DNA from: Oopsacas minuta
Taxonomy: Eukaryota; Animalia; Porifera
DNA: 64,000 bases
Assembly: GCA_024704765.1 (NCBI GenBank)
Contig: JAKMXF010000099.1
Span: 382,432-446,431, forward strand
Direction: 5' to 3'
The position numbers were made by a program, and so were the translations under genes. Below the pieces are notes generated by a model that had not been told where the DNA came from, did no database searches, and saw nothing but the letters and a program-made list of their open reading frames with translations. Positions 24,353 through 35,760 of the stretch are shown piece by piece. How positions within the stretch are numbered: the stretch's first letter is position 1; every line of letters begins with the position of its first letter.

Positions 24353-26290
24353 CAATGGCGGAACTAGGAATTTTATTTCCCAGGGCACAACGAAACATCC
24401 AATAATTACCTACAATTTAACCCTAAATCTATTCGACTATTAAGCACGAAATATTCCAAATAAATATGATGATACAAAATTGATTGCAAACCCTGGACAA
24501 ACCAGCGTTCTTTTGGCTAGCTAATTGTAACCCAGATTTGGGATTAGACATTGTACTAAATTGTGAAAAAGAAGTTAAAAGAAAACAGGAGCATTAGATA
24601 CTTGGGGCATTCAAAAAGTTCCCATCCTTAGTTTATAGCAACAAAACTCTACTCGATTACATGAAACGCATAGCATATCCTAATAGTCATATCGATTACC
24701 TATTTAATGCTGTTGAGGAATTACCTCTAGCTAATATATATCTTGCTCTATCCTACTTTCAATTTTACCTATTTTCGAGAGCCAATGTTTTCAGGACTTC
24801 AAAACACATATGCAAAAACGAACAACGAGTTTACATAAAGATTCGTACCATACTCGGCGACAAACCACTCCAGATACATGAGTATCTTGTCACCGTTTAT
24901 CATGGAGAAGCTCTAGCGTATCCCACTGTAAAGGAATGGGCACGTAAATTAAGGGCTGGTAGGGGCAGCATTGAAGATGACCCGCGGACCGAAGACCAAT
25001 TTCCGCTACCACCTCTGAAATTCTGGAACTATTGGATATCAACCCCCATTTGAGCGTTGAAGAGGTTGCCCTAATCCTGGACATCTCACGGGAGGTGTTC
25101 ATACAATTCTACTCGAATATCGAAAGATTTCAACGCGATGGATACCAAAAATCCTCACAAGGGGCAAAAGGAGAAATGGGTTTCATATGCAAAAAATTGC
25201 TTAAGGACATAGATTTGCGATTTTCTAGATTGTATGAAATAGTTACTGGTGATGAAACTTGGATTAAAGTTTCTGAACATCTACTTAAGGAACAAAGCAA
25301 ATCGTGGCTCCCAAAAGGTTCTTATCCCCGAAAAGGCACGTCGGACTTCCGAGACAATAAGGTCCTCTACAGCATTATTTTGATGCGTATGGGGCAGTGG
25401 CTCAAATGCCTGTGCCTAAAGGGGAACCACTCAATGGAGATTTTACGCAGATAAATGTCTGAGAGAAGTCGGGAAAGTATATAAAACAGGACGTCCGCTT
25501 ACAGAAACTCGAGGAATCAAACTTTTCCACGATAATGCCAGACCTCATGTTTCAAAATACGTTCGGGAAGTCATTGAGTATGTCGAGTTTGAAACGATGG
25601 AATATCCTCTGTATTCCCAAAATCTATCACCTTATGATTTCTGGCTATTTCCTGAACTGAAAAAACATTCCGGAGGACGGCTATTTCATACCCGACAAGA
25701 GCTTGGAAACAGGATTTGCCACTACCTCAATTCAGTGGACAGAGACGAGTATAAAAAACATTTTCGAAGTGGGTTGAAAAGCCTACAACTATGCATAGAT
25801 GTAGAGGGGGAGTATTTCGAACATGTTATGTAGGAAATTGATTAGTAATTTGTTGTAGTGTAGATATTAAACAAAGTTTGGAACTTTTTGAATGCCTAAG
25901 TAACTATGGAAATAATTATCGTGCTGTAATCACAATTGTGATGATCAATTGCTATTGTTCGAAGGCCATATAGCCCCGAGAAGCTAGAACACTCTGAATT
26001 GCATTCTAAGTATGTATATTCAAAATTACATCTTCCTAGATTATTATACAATATGGTTTGATAAAGATTAAACTAACGCATTGCGTATATGATGCTAAAT
26101 ATTAACATAAGGTGACACGGTCTGATTTTAGTTAACAATATCGAATTAAGAATAATCTACTATAAGAATTACACCTATATCAGATCTTAGCAACTCAGGG
26201 ACAATTTTCATTTACCCGGGCCTGACCTGGGCACAATCGTCATTTTCCATGGCACGGGCCCGGGTAGGCCCGCGTGTAGTTCCGCCACTG
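24353..26290. mobile_element. Non-autonomous hAT-type element (~640 bp) carrying a nested mariner
   Basis: Ends caatggcggaactag / cagtggcggaactac; 8-bp TSD cgtatatc / cgtatatt. Confidence 0.8.
24601..25900 (+). mobile_element. Mariner element, defective, 1300 bp
   Basis: TIRs cttggggcattcaaaaagttcc / cttaggcattcaaaaagttcc; TA TSD 24599-600 and 25901-02; IVTGDETW, HDNARPH, YSQNLSPYDFWLFPELK in frameshifted ORFs. Confidence 0.93.
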
Positions 26291-26429
26291 CGTATATTTG
26301 CGTAAATTACGGATATCTCCGCAGTCTGTCATGTATAAACTTAGAATTTTATGAACGCTGTAATATAGTAAATACATACATACTCTACAGTAATCTTAAT
26401 CCGGATAATATTTATTCTAGGAGTATTAG

Positions 26430-27000
26430 TAATTAATAAGTTTTTGAATTGCCATCGCATCAATCACCATCTTGCAGCGCCGAGGAATTGATTGGCACTC
26501 GGTTTCAAGAGTTCCGAGTTCTACACTTTCCCAAATTTCTAACACATCACTTTGAATTAATTTATTGATTTCGGACCTCTAAATAGGATAAACACCATGT
26601 TGGTGCTTATCCACTCTAATAGTCCGAAATCATTTCAATAGATATTTTTCTAAAAAGATATAAAACGGGAGCCATTTTGAATCTCGTCCTTGATTCATAA
26701 TTCTGACATTATAATGTCCTTGTGTCAGACAATTAGTGAATTTCTCAAAATGAACAACTTTCTTAAATGAATTCTTATCGCATTTTCGATATTCGTGCAG
26801 CACACATCCTACGAAACTATAGCCCCTTCACGGTCTAGAATTTCCTAGACCATGGATTACTTCAATTCTATAAATATTAAACTTTTTATTTTCAACGAGC
26901 ATTTGGCTCTTCCCTTCGCGATGAACTCGGCGCATTATGGCTTGAGGTATCCATTATTCTACAAATTGATGGCCCCTTTAGTATTATTATGTAGATATTT
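26430..27000 (-). pseudogene. Old Tc1-like transposase remnant
   Basis: C-terminal-like LEIWESVELGTLETECQSIPRRCKMVIDAM; remainder degraded. Confidence 0.3.
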
Positions 27001-27454
27001 TTAGAATAATTTAATTCACGAATATAAGTATATGGCATGTATATATTATTCAATTATTTTCTAAGATCAACACCTTCGTAGCCGTTGTGAGCATGCATCT
27101 ACGTAAATTTTGAGCTTTTTGCTAATTGTTTACTTATATTCATAAAAACAACAATAATTTACATATGAGAAACTTGTAGATGCGAAATCCTGGTTCAGCG
27201 GTTTGTGTTACCCCTGTATAGCCTTTTAGAGCAAACTTGTATATATATTTTGAAACTTGGCTAATATTTTTACTTTATATCCCTAGAAACAACAATATCT
27301 TTATAATGAGAACTTTAAAATGCAAAATTGGATTCACCGCACATTGTTACTCGTGGGTTCTATTTAGTGCAAGTCTGCACGTATATTTTCAGATTTAGAT
27401 AATTTGTTTACTACATATTCATAAAAACAACAATAAATTTTCATGTGATTAATC

Positions 27455-28247
27455 GGCGCCTGCGTTTGTCAGAATTTTGAGATCTGACTTTGTCAGAATG
27501 GTTTTTATCGAATATTGACCTTGTCAGAATGGTTTTCCCGGTTCTGACTCGCAAAATAGTTTATATCAAGTTTTGACATTGTTAAAATGGTTTTTATCGA
27601 ATTATGACTTTGTTAAAATGATTTATATTGAGTATATTGTGCTTCAAGTTGGGAGAATTAATTTTGCATTTAGTTTCTACACGATTTAGTTGTTCATTGC
27701 TTTGGAAAATATTGTTTATCTATATACCTGGGAAACACTGTTAGAACCGAGAAAAACGTCAAGCAATCCCTGATCCCAATTTCTCCATTGATGAAAACAG
27801 ATAGACACACTTACAGTCGGTTCCAACAACACTAATGCAGTTAAAAACCTGGCTTCTTCTTCTCCTTCATTTGAAACATCATATCTCACGCTCCAGACCA
27901 TGATACAACTATTAAAAGAAAACATTCGATCACCATTTAGTTCGTATTCAAATCCCCGATCAACTACTCATATAACCAAATTGATAGCTACTCCAAGTAA
28001 TATCCGTCATGATCCCGTCCTAGCTTTAAATCAAAATTCCAAAATTGATTTTCTCAAATAAGAGCATTGTAATAACCATTCCGACAATGTCAAAACTCAA
28101 TAAAAACCATTATGACAAAGTCAGAGCTCGATAAAAACCATTCTAACAAAGTCCAAATTCGATAAAAACTTTTCTGACAAAGTCAGAATTCGATGAAACC
28201 ATTCTAACAGAGTCAGAACTCGAAATTCTGACAAATACAGCGTCCCC
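27455..28247. mobile_element. Foldback-like non-autonomous element with subterminal ~30-bp tandem arrays
   Basis: About five units like tgactttgtcagaatggtttttatcgaatat at the left, inverted at the right; AATC on both flanks (27451-54, 28248-51); flanks rejoin into a repeat also seen inverted near 39185-39290. Confidence 0.75.
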
Positions 28248-28899
28248 AATCTGATGACGCCACTTGGTCCTGACAAAAGTTTGATGATATAGCTATTATT
28301 AATTATTGACTATCAATCAGAATATTTAAATTGCTTATCAAAATTCATGGACTTCGAGTAATCCATGGTTAAATACCGTGAGTGTGCTTTAGTTTCAGTA
28401 GGCTATGGTGTCAGCATTGAATTTCCAGCAATTTGATGCGTTACATTGCCAGATTCTGCCCACGTCTGAAAATAGAAGATATTACATTCCTGCGTTGTCA
28501 AGGTTATTGTTTCTCCAAACATGGTTAAGTGAACCCTATCATGAAAGGAAATTTCATGCTGACTACGAATATCTGGATAGAATTCGGTTGAAAATAGAAA
28601 TTTATGTAATTTTCTCCTGTATTTTTCTATTTGGGACCCAAACCGGATACTGATATTCGTAATCAGCAAGAAATTTCCTTTCTTTACAACCCTATAATGA
28701 CGATGTTTGGAAATTTTCTCCTTCACAACGTAAGATTGTGATACAGTCCATTCTCCAAAGTGACCCGTGAAATTGCTGGAATTTCGATGCTAATTACGAA
28801 TTTCGCAACAAAATATGATTATATTTCAGTGGAGAAAATTATGCATTATTTGATATCTCTTAATTATTCGACTGATGGATATTCTGGGACGAGACTTAT

Positions 28900-29750
28900 T
28901 ATTTATGGACGAGATCCAGCGTTTATTTATCTATTTTACATATCCTAAAGTATCTTCTGCCTATTTTCATGTTAATATCCCGATTTGCACATAGTGCCTA
29001 TTTTCCGAAGCTCATCCGCTGTATTAGAGCTCTCTTCATCAATTTTGTTTAAACAGGTGATTTTCAATAGGATTTAAAATCTGGAATTAGTGATGGCCTG
29101 GGATCTTTCTGGGGACATTTCCCTTTATCCAATCCTGGTTAACCTAGATGTGAGTCTCGGATCATAGTCCATGACGATTAATGAGTCTCCATTCATTGTC
29201 ATGAATATCTTAAGCTTGTTTCAGTTAATATTCTTCGATTATAGTTATAAACATCTTATTGTCCACATTTTCTTTGAAAATACAAAGGGGAAATGTTCCC
29301 ATTGAAGAAAAGCTACACATACATTGATTTTTGGGAATCCTTTGTTGTTGATAGGAAATTTTACATTTTATTCCAAATCTTTAATTTTCCTTTTGAGAGC
29401 CAAAATTTACTTGTCTACGATACGTAATAGTCTTGGACCATTCTTTTTCAGGACACCTAAACTTCTTAGCCCACTGGATATGGGCGGTCTTATGATATTC
29501 AGCTTTCAAGGGTGTTGATACATTGTTAAGTTTTGTATAAATCATGCCATGAAGGCTGCTTTAACGTTCCCATGCAAGACACTTGTATTCAGGCTTGAAG
29601 CTATACATCTCAATAATATATGACCCGATTTCAACTGTAGTTCTGGGCAATTTGTTTGTGAGAGAGAGCTGAGAAATGTCTACAAGTCTTTTATGCAATT
29701 TCTTTTCGATAATTGAGACATTTCAAATTTAATGCAATGGGGAAAAAATC
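28900..29750 (-). pseudogene. Degraded Tc1-like transposase
   Basis: Reverse strand reads PKINVYVAFSSMGTFPLCIFKENVD, VMDYDP-like DD motif and decayed WP..PD.NPIEN-like segment. Confidence 0.6.
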
Positions 29751-30494
29751 TTTAGAATGTAGAAAATATATAGCATCCCATAATATCTCTGACGTTAAAT
29801 AAAATTAACATCTGAATGTGATTCTGTGAAGTTAAATTCAAGGTTCAATCAATTATGCTCATATCATTTCTGGTGAAATACAATTATATATGACGATTAG
29901 AAAGTGAACACATTATTCAAGCTGAAATATGTGGTATATTACAAAATAAAATTTTTTAAATGTTTTCTTGATAGTCTGATCATAAGAAAGTTGATTAATT
30001 TTAACAGGATTGAGCTCCCAATGCACTCAAGTTTAGGTTTCTGAAGGGCCTACGAACCATATGAGTTTTCACAAGTCGTGTAAGTTAGAAGGGCAGTGTA
30101 CTATTTCCCAAAGTTTTAGCGAGTGCAGTGTGCAATAATATAGCGTGTACTTAAGAATCCTTCATTAATGTCTAGTACGTCATTTTTTCAGTGGCGTACC
30201 ATTCCGTTACTCCGATTCTCAAGAAAATATTTGATATCTTCATTTCGAAATGAAAGATGCAGTATTTAATATTCTATAAGACATCATAGAATGATTGATT
30301 TTGACAATCATGAATATAAGTGCGAGTAGAAATAAAAGTAGTAAAAACGATAGTGCTGCTTGTGAAGAAAAGCGAAGAAAAAGAAATAGCAAAAAGCATA
30401 TCAAAAACACGAATCAAAATACTGAAGTATGATTCAATGTGGAGGCTAAAATATTTCGAAATGTGTGAAAATATGTGTCTAGTAAGTAATTATT

Positions 30495-31533
30495 TATTGA
30501 TTTATAGCGTGCTTGCATTGACTTGCACTCTCCCAGTAAATCAAATAAATGTGGTTCTTCTTATATTTCGCTCTTCGCTTCTTCGGCTACATCCTTGCTG
30601 TTTACTACTATTCTTGCTTGTATTGTCTCTATTCTCCTCATCATTGGTGGCATCGAGATTAATCCAGGGCCTATCCAACTTTAGATACATATCACAAACA
30701 AGCTATTTTATTAAACCATGATATGTTAACCGCCTATAATATAGTCAAAACTATTTTTTTCAAATGCCTGGTTTACTTACTCATATTTTCTCATGGTAAA
30801 CTTAATTGTCTCCACATTTCAGTCTTTCGATGCTTTGATCCACAAGCTGTCTGTCAGCGCCAACATGCCTACTTCATTTTGGTGAACAATTAGCAAGAAG
30901 GTCTATTCTTAAAATAAACCTGTTTAGATTACAAAGCTTGCTATTCTCATAAGAGCATCTTTATTTACTTCTCCTCTCATTAAAGATGTATGTAAAGTGT
31001 AGCAGAGTGTTCCGATTCAGTTCCCTCATTTAGTAACCTAAATTTACTGGATCTTGAATTAGATTTATGAGACGTATGCTTCTTTTTGTGGACATCTTAA
31101 GCCTCAGATTTAGATGAGCATGACCGATTGAAGAGAGATTCCAATACCGAAACTCTTAGGTTGCAAAGTGGAGGTCATATTGTGTAATACCTGTTTAATA
31201 CATCTGATTTCAGTTGTGGGTAGATGGCAAATTTACGGTTTGTTTTTCTCTCTAGAAGTTTCGGGATTATTACAATTCGCTGAAACTTTCTATATTGATG
31301 TATGTAATGCTTTCACAAGCTGGATCTTAAGTACTTATGGTAAAAGCTCTTTGGAGTGTAGTCCACTGTTAGTTTTGTGGTTAGTATCATCAGAACCTGA
31401 ACATGGCTATTGTTTAGTATATCGAATGTTTGATAAGAAGCATGTGTGTTTAAGTGGAGAGATCGTGGCTGATTCCATTGGTTGGGTAATCGAACAAGAG
31501 AAGAATTTGGCACTAATGGTATTAAGGCCATAG
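30495..31533 (+). pseudogene. Decayed 2A-like-leader locus, copy 2
   Basis: Single frame 30505-30672: *RACIDLHSPSKSNKCGSSYISLFASSATSLLFTTILACIVSILLIIGGIEINPGP; downstream ORF 31168-31533 contains ECSPLLVLWLV..LVYRMFDK..CLSGEI..IGWV shared with copy 1. Confidence 0.55.
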
Positions 31534-31867
31534 AAGTAGAATATGGTGAATATCGAGATCGAACTCAAAGTTTAGTTAATGAGCCCCTTACTCAGACCCA
31601 CAAAAACATTTGTGATGTGAAACTCAGGAAATCACCAACCAGTAGTTAGAAATAGGTTGTGAGTTTAAAATTGTAACCAATATAAGTTATGAATCTGGAG
31701 TCTCTTACCGGCTAAATGGAGTAGTATTTATCTACCGATTTTAATTGTATCGTGTCTTTCATGAGTAATTTGACAAATCTTTTTGCTGATAAATACAATT
31801 AGATGAACAATATGTTGTTTTTAAGTTCAATTATTATCATTTTTAAATAACTGATAGTCGTAAGGTA

Positions 31868-34843
31868 CACAGTGGGCTTTTTGCTGGAAATAGCATGAAA
31901 TTTTTACCCCCTCAGAATTGTATTTCCTTATTATCATTGAATTCACAATCCTTTCAAACCTAGAAATTAGTAATTTCATTCTGATTCAACAAGTAAATTG
32001 GTTGTTATGGTGATGAATATTTGCGGCTTCTTGTAATTGGAATTTCTGTTGTGTGGTATATCAAAATCGATCAAGTTTCATAGTTATATTTTTAGCACTT
32101 GTAACTAAGAAGAAAGAATTCCTTTACAATAATGAAACATTTATATTTCAATTATCTAATTTACATCTTGAAATGTCGTTTGGTTTCTAACTTTCTATTC
32201 TAAAACTAGATAAAACACAATGACTATTTAGGACATTTTTTTTCGGCGTCCACAGGATATTTTATGCTGAAACTTGTTGTGGCGTTTCGTTGCGTGAACT
32301 CTCACTGGTCTTAAAATGTAGGTTGTAATAATACATTCAAAAAATATAATAGTTTAGACCCGCCGGAGGGCGCCCAAAGTATCAAGCATTCATTTGAATG
32401 GGTGTAACTTTAATGTAAAATTTCCCTATGAAATATTAGCATTATGAATAACAAGGAAGCTTTTGACTTTCATCCTCACGTAAATCTGTCAGAGATGCAA
32501 CAATCGTATTTATGGATAGTCAGCAACTTGATGATAAATATTATAGTTGTATCCGATACAAATTCGTTGAGTTGAAGGGTGATAGAGAGATATTTCGTAA
32601 AAGAAACGACCTAAATACATGGGATGATATGATATTCTTTGACAATTCAACATTGGCAGAGAAGAGGCGGTTATCGTCTGAAGGTGATATTTGTACTCCT
32701 AATCATGTTCATGCAAAGGCTATCAGGAAACCACTCCTAGAATTAACGATTAAAGGACAAAGGGTACGTCTGGAACCTCTTTTAGCCCTGATTAAAAGCT
32801 TAGCAGCTAGTGAGAACGTGGATAGCAAAACGATGGCAGCCATGGCTCTGAAATTTGTCTCATCTTCTTCAGGAGATTACTCCACCAGTTCCTTCTGTCT
32901 GGAAATAGTCAGCAAAGGCACATTTCAAGGCAATATAAAGACACACATCTCAATTGCTAAGTCTACGTTCCTCCTAGGACAACTGGAAATAGGTAAGCGA
33001 AAGTACATTGAATTGAGGAGACTTTGTAAGTCAGACAATGTACTATTCCCTAAGTATGAGCTAATTTCCCAGTATCGAGCAGATATTACTCTGGAGAAGG
33101 AATTCATTTTTATCCGCAATGTGTCTGATGCGCCTATGGGAGTAGGGATATCTTACATCTCTATCATCAAACAGACAATTTCCCGCCTACTCGAATCACT
33201 TCCCACAGATTCTGAATTTGAATTCCCGTTGACATTTTCTGCAACAGATGGCTTGGATGGATCTGGATCCCATCAAGTTTATAATCAGATTCAAGAGTCA
33301 CCAGATATTGGTTCCAAAAATTTCATTCTCTTTGCTTTCAAACCTCTCGCTATCCACGACAGCGCAAACAAACTTATTTGGGAAAACGAAAGGCCCAACT
33401 CACAATTTCAGATTCGCCCAGTCACTTTACTAGCTGCCAAAGAAAATAGCGAAAATGTACGTCATCTAATGGATACTTATATTAATCCTTACGTAGCAGA
33501 CATGGAAGAAAATGGGATACTACTCTCGCAAGGACTTGTGAGGATAAAATTGCTCAGGACCATGTTCGATGGAAAAATGGCAGGAATTCTATCTGGAGCC
33601 GGTGGTGCTCACTGCCAACTCTGTACTGCGACTTTCAAACAACTGCATGATGTCGAACTTATACGAGATGGTTTTCCTATTAATCGTTCAATAACATCGG
33701 CTAAAGAACTGTTTCAAAGCGTGAATGAAGTAGAATTTCTATCTCTAAGTTCCAATGACCGTCTTGGATTGACTCACCAACCTATTTCCGACATCGATAT
33801 AATTTGCTCTTCTCCATTACATTCATATTTGTGCATCTTCAGATGGTTTATGACCCTCGTTTATCATCTGCAATCAGGTGCAAGGAAGTGGTCACCATCA
33901 TCCTTAGGCATAAAAAACTCAATGAAGTTTGTTTCAGGCTTATTGATGGAAAAGACTGGTATGAAGATTGATCAACCCAGCAGTGATGGTGGCACTACAT
34001 CAACTGGCAATGTTGCTCGAAATTGTTTCTTGGACAAAAACCAATTTCTTTACTGGGTTTGTTCCTTGATACCAACAGAATACCATGAAAATATAAAGGT
34101 CATCCACACTAACCTTTCAGTATGTTTGCGTATTTACAACTGCGACCGAGAGATAAACACTGAAAGACTGGATATTCTTTGCAAGGACACATACGAATAC
34201 ATTGTAATCAGGTTCCCTTGGGCAAACATCAGTCCAACCTTGCATAAATTACTAGCCCATTCTTCAGAACTCATTAGAACTTGTAACAATAGCCATGGAC
34301 TTAAAGTCTTCTCTGAAGAAGCAGTTGAAGTTTCAAACAAACTCGTCCGAAGGTATCGCGAACACCTTGCCAGAAAAATGTCGTTTTCTCTGAATACTCG
34401 AGATATCTTTATACGACTGATGTGTAATAGTGATCCTGTCCTCAATATGTATAGAAAATTTACAAAAGCATGCAAGAAAACCCACTCTTCTGAACCTTCA
34501 GACCAAGAAATTCTTTTCTCACAATTAACTTGCTAATAAATAATGCTTGAAATAGATGGAAGCACAAGATACTATTAAAATGTGGGTATGTTAGATGTGT
34601 GTCTATGATCCAAAATAAGCTTTCTATCGCCTCTAGTAACTGAATTTTAAGCTCAAAATCTATAATTTATGATAATATGAAAGGTGTCAATGACGTCATA
34701 ACTTTTTAATGAGATGACCTAGATTTTTTTTATGCAGAAATCGTTTTCTCAGGGGTAATTTCCTATTGGCTAATAATGCATTATATATCTCTATCTTGGA
34801 TGGTTTCCTATTTCCATTTCACCCCCCAAAAATGCCCACTGTG
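31868..34843 (+). mobile_element. Transib/RAG1-like DNA transposon, 2976 bp
   Basis: Both ends begin CACAGTGGGC (RSS heptamer CACAGTG), each followed by TGGAAATAG; single large transposase ORF; 5-bp flanks do not match (AGGTA / CCTCA). Confidence 0.93.
32512..34536 (+). CDS. Transib/RAG1-like transposase, 674 aa, intact
   Basis: Catalytic D249 (GLDGS), D353 (MFDGK), E606 (SEEAVEVSNK); Zn ligands C368/C371 (CQLC) and H578/H583 (LHKLLAH); PNS..RP, PLH and TGNVAR motifs; NBD-like segment at aa ~71-136. Confidence 0.93.
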   Translation: MDSQQLDDKYYSCIRYKFVELKGDREIFRKRNDLNTWDDMIFFDNSTLAEKRRLSSEGDICTPNHVHAKAIRKPLLELTIKGQRVRLEPLLALIKSLAASENVDSKTMAAMALKFVSSSSGDYSTSSFCLEIVSKGTFQGNIKTHISIAKSTFLLGQLEIGKRKYIELRRLCKSDNVLFPKYELISQYRADITLEKEFIFIRNVSDAPMGVGISYISIIKQTISRLLESLPTDSEFEFPLTFSATDGLDGSGSHQVYNQIQESPDIGSKNFILFAFKPLAIHDSANKLIWENERPNSQFQIRPVTLLAAKENSENVRHLMDTYINPYVADMEENGILLSQGLVRIKLLRTMFDGKMAGILSGAGGAHCQLCTATFKQLHDVELIRDGFPINRSITSAKELFQSVNEVEFLSLSSNDRLGLTHQPISDIDIICSSPLHSYLCIFRWFMTLVYHLQSGARKWSPSSLGIKNSMKFVSGLLMEKTGMKIDQPSSDGGTTSTGNVARNCFLDKNQFLYWVCSLIPTEYHENIKVIHTNLSVCLRIYNCDREINTERLDILCKDTYEYIVIRFPWANISPTLHKLLAHSSELIRTCNNSHGLKVFSEEAVEVSNKLVRRYREHLARKMSFSLNTRDIFIRLMCNSDPVLNMYRKFTKACKKTHSSEPSDQEILFSQLTC

Positions 34844-35199
34844 CCTCATTTGACCAGAAATTCCACGATCATCTAATTATAAGTGGATTTTGGCAAAACA
34901 TGTGACATCCATGGTATATGCGATAACTCAGAAACTTGTGAACATTACCATGAAATAATTCTTATATTTTCTACAGAGACTGTTTTAGTTAATTTGTATT
35001 TCAACATTCTGGACAATGATTAATAATTCACGTTACACATGGTATCAAAGATGGAGCAGTTTTTCATATATATTTTCCAATTACGCTAACAAATGAGGTC
35101 ACTTGATCTGAAATTTTCACAAATGCGGCATTGTGAATTTATTCATACCAATAATCCATTTAACATTGATTTGAAAGCAATCGATTGTTTTATCCTAAA

Positions 35200-35760
35200 T
35201 TTACAACACTGGCTATTTCTATTAGACATCTGCCGTATTCACTGAGAAGTTAGTTCCAACTTAAAACTTTAGGCTTGACATTTCGCACAGTTCATGAATG
35301 GCACATGTTTACTCAATATCCACTTATAACACCATAATCGTGGAAATATTGGTCAAAATCAGGATTGCTTGTCTATAGTATCACCCAACTTCCCTTGCCC
35401 ATATACTAATTTAGTTATCACATCTCTGACATTATTGCGTATTTTGAAAATGACCATGTATAAGCATATTCATGATTGCCTCACATTTGTAAGAGCTATC
35501 ACATCAAAATGGATTGTAAGGGTATTGGCATTTGGGCGTATTCCATAGATAGGCTATCCTGATTTTACTATACTTTCTCGATTATGAGGTTAAAGTGGAT
35601 GTTGAGAAAGCATGTACCAGCCATGGTCTGTGCTATAACTCAGAAATATGCAAATTTATTATAGCAAATGTGTATTTACTAAAGAAACAGTTCTGATCAA
35701 TTCGTAGTTCAACATTTTGAAAAATTTTCCTTTAATGGATTGATGGTATGTCTTTTACAA
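35200..35760. repeat. Older diverged relative of the CATAG foldback family
   Basis: Shares the central block cccaacttccc..tgaaaatgaccatgtat..atcaaaatg..aagggtat with 19290-19410 and 47940-48070. Confidence 0.4.

Noticed and set aside
27480-27620. ~30-bp tandem units as a CRISPR array
   Set aside because: Units are adjacent with no unique spacers, are mirrored at 28090-28240, and sit in eukaryotic DNA with no cas genes.
31000-31530. Minus-strand readings resembling RT motifs (YRKFQRIVIIPKLLER; LTVDYT..LNK)
   Set aside because: No further RT motifs follow, and synonymous changes between the two copies favour the plus-strand frame.
32925-34475. Short antisense or alternate-frame ORFs over the Transib ORF, and similar ones over Tc1, mariner and START ORFs
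   Set aside because: Shadows of the real coding frame with no independent motifs.
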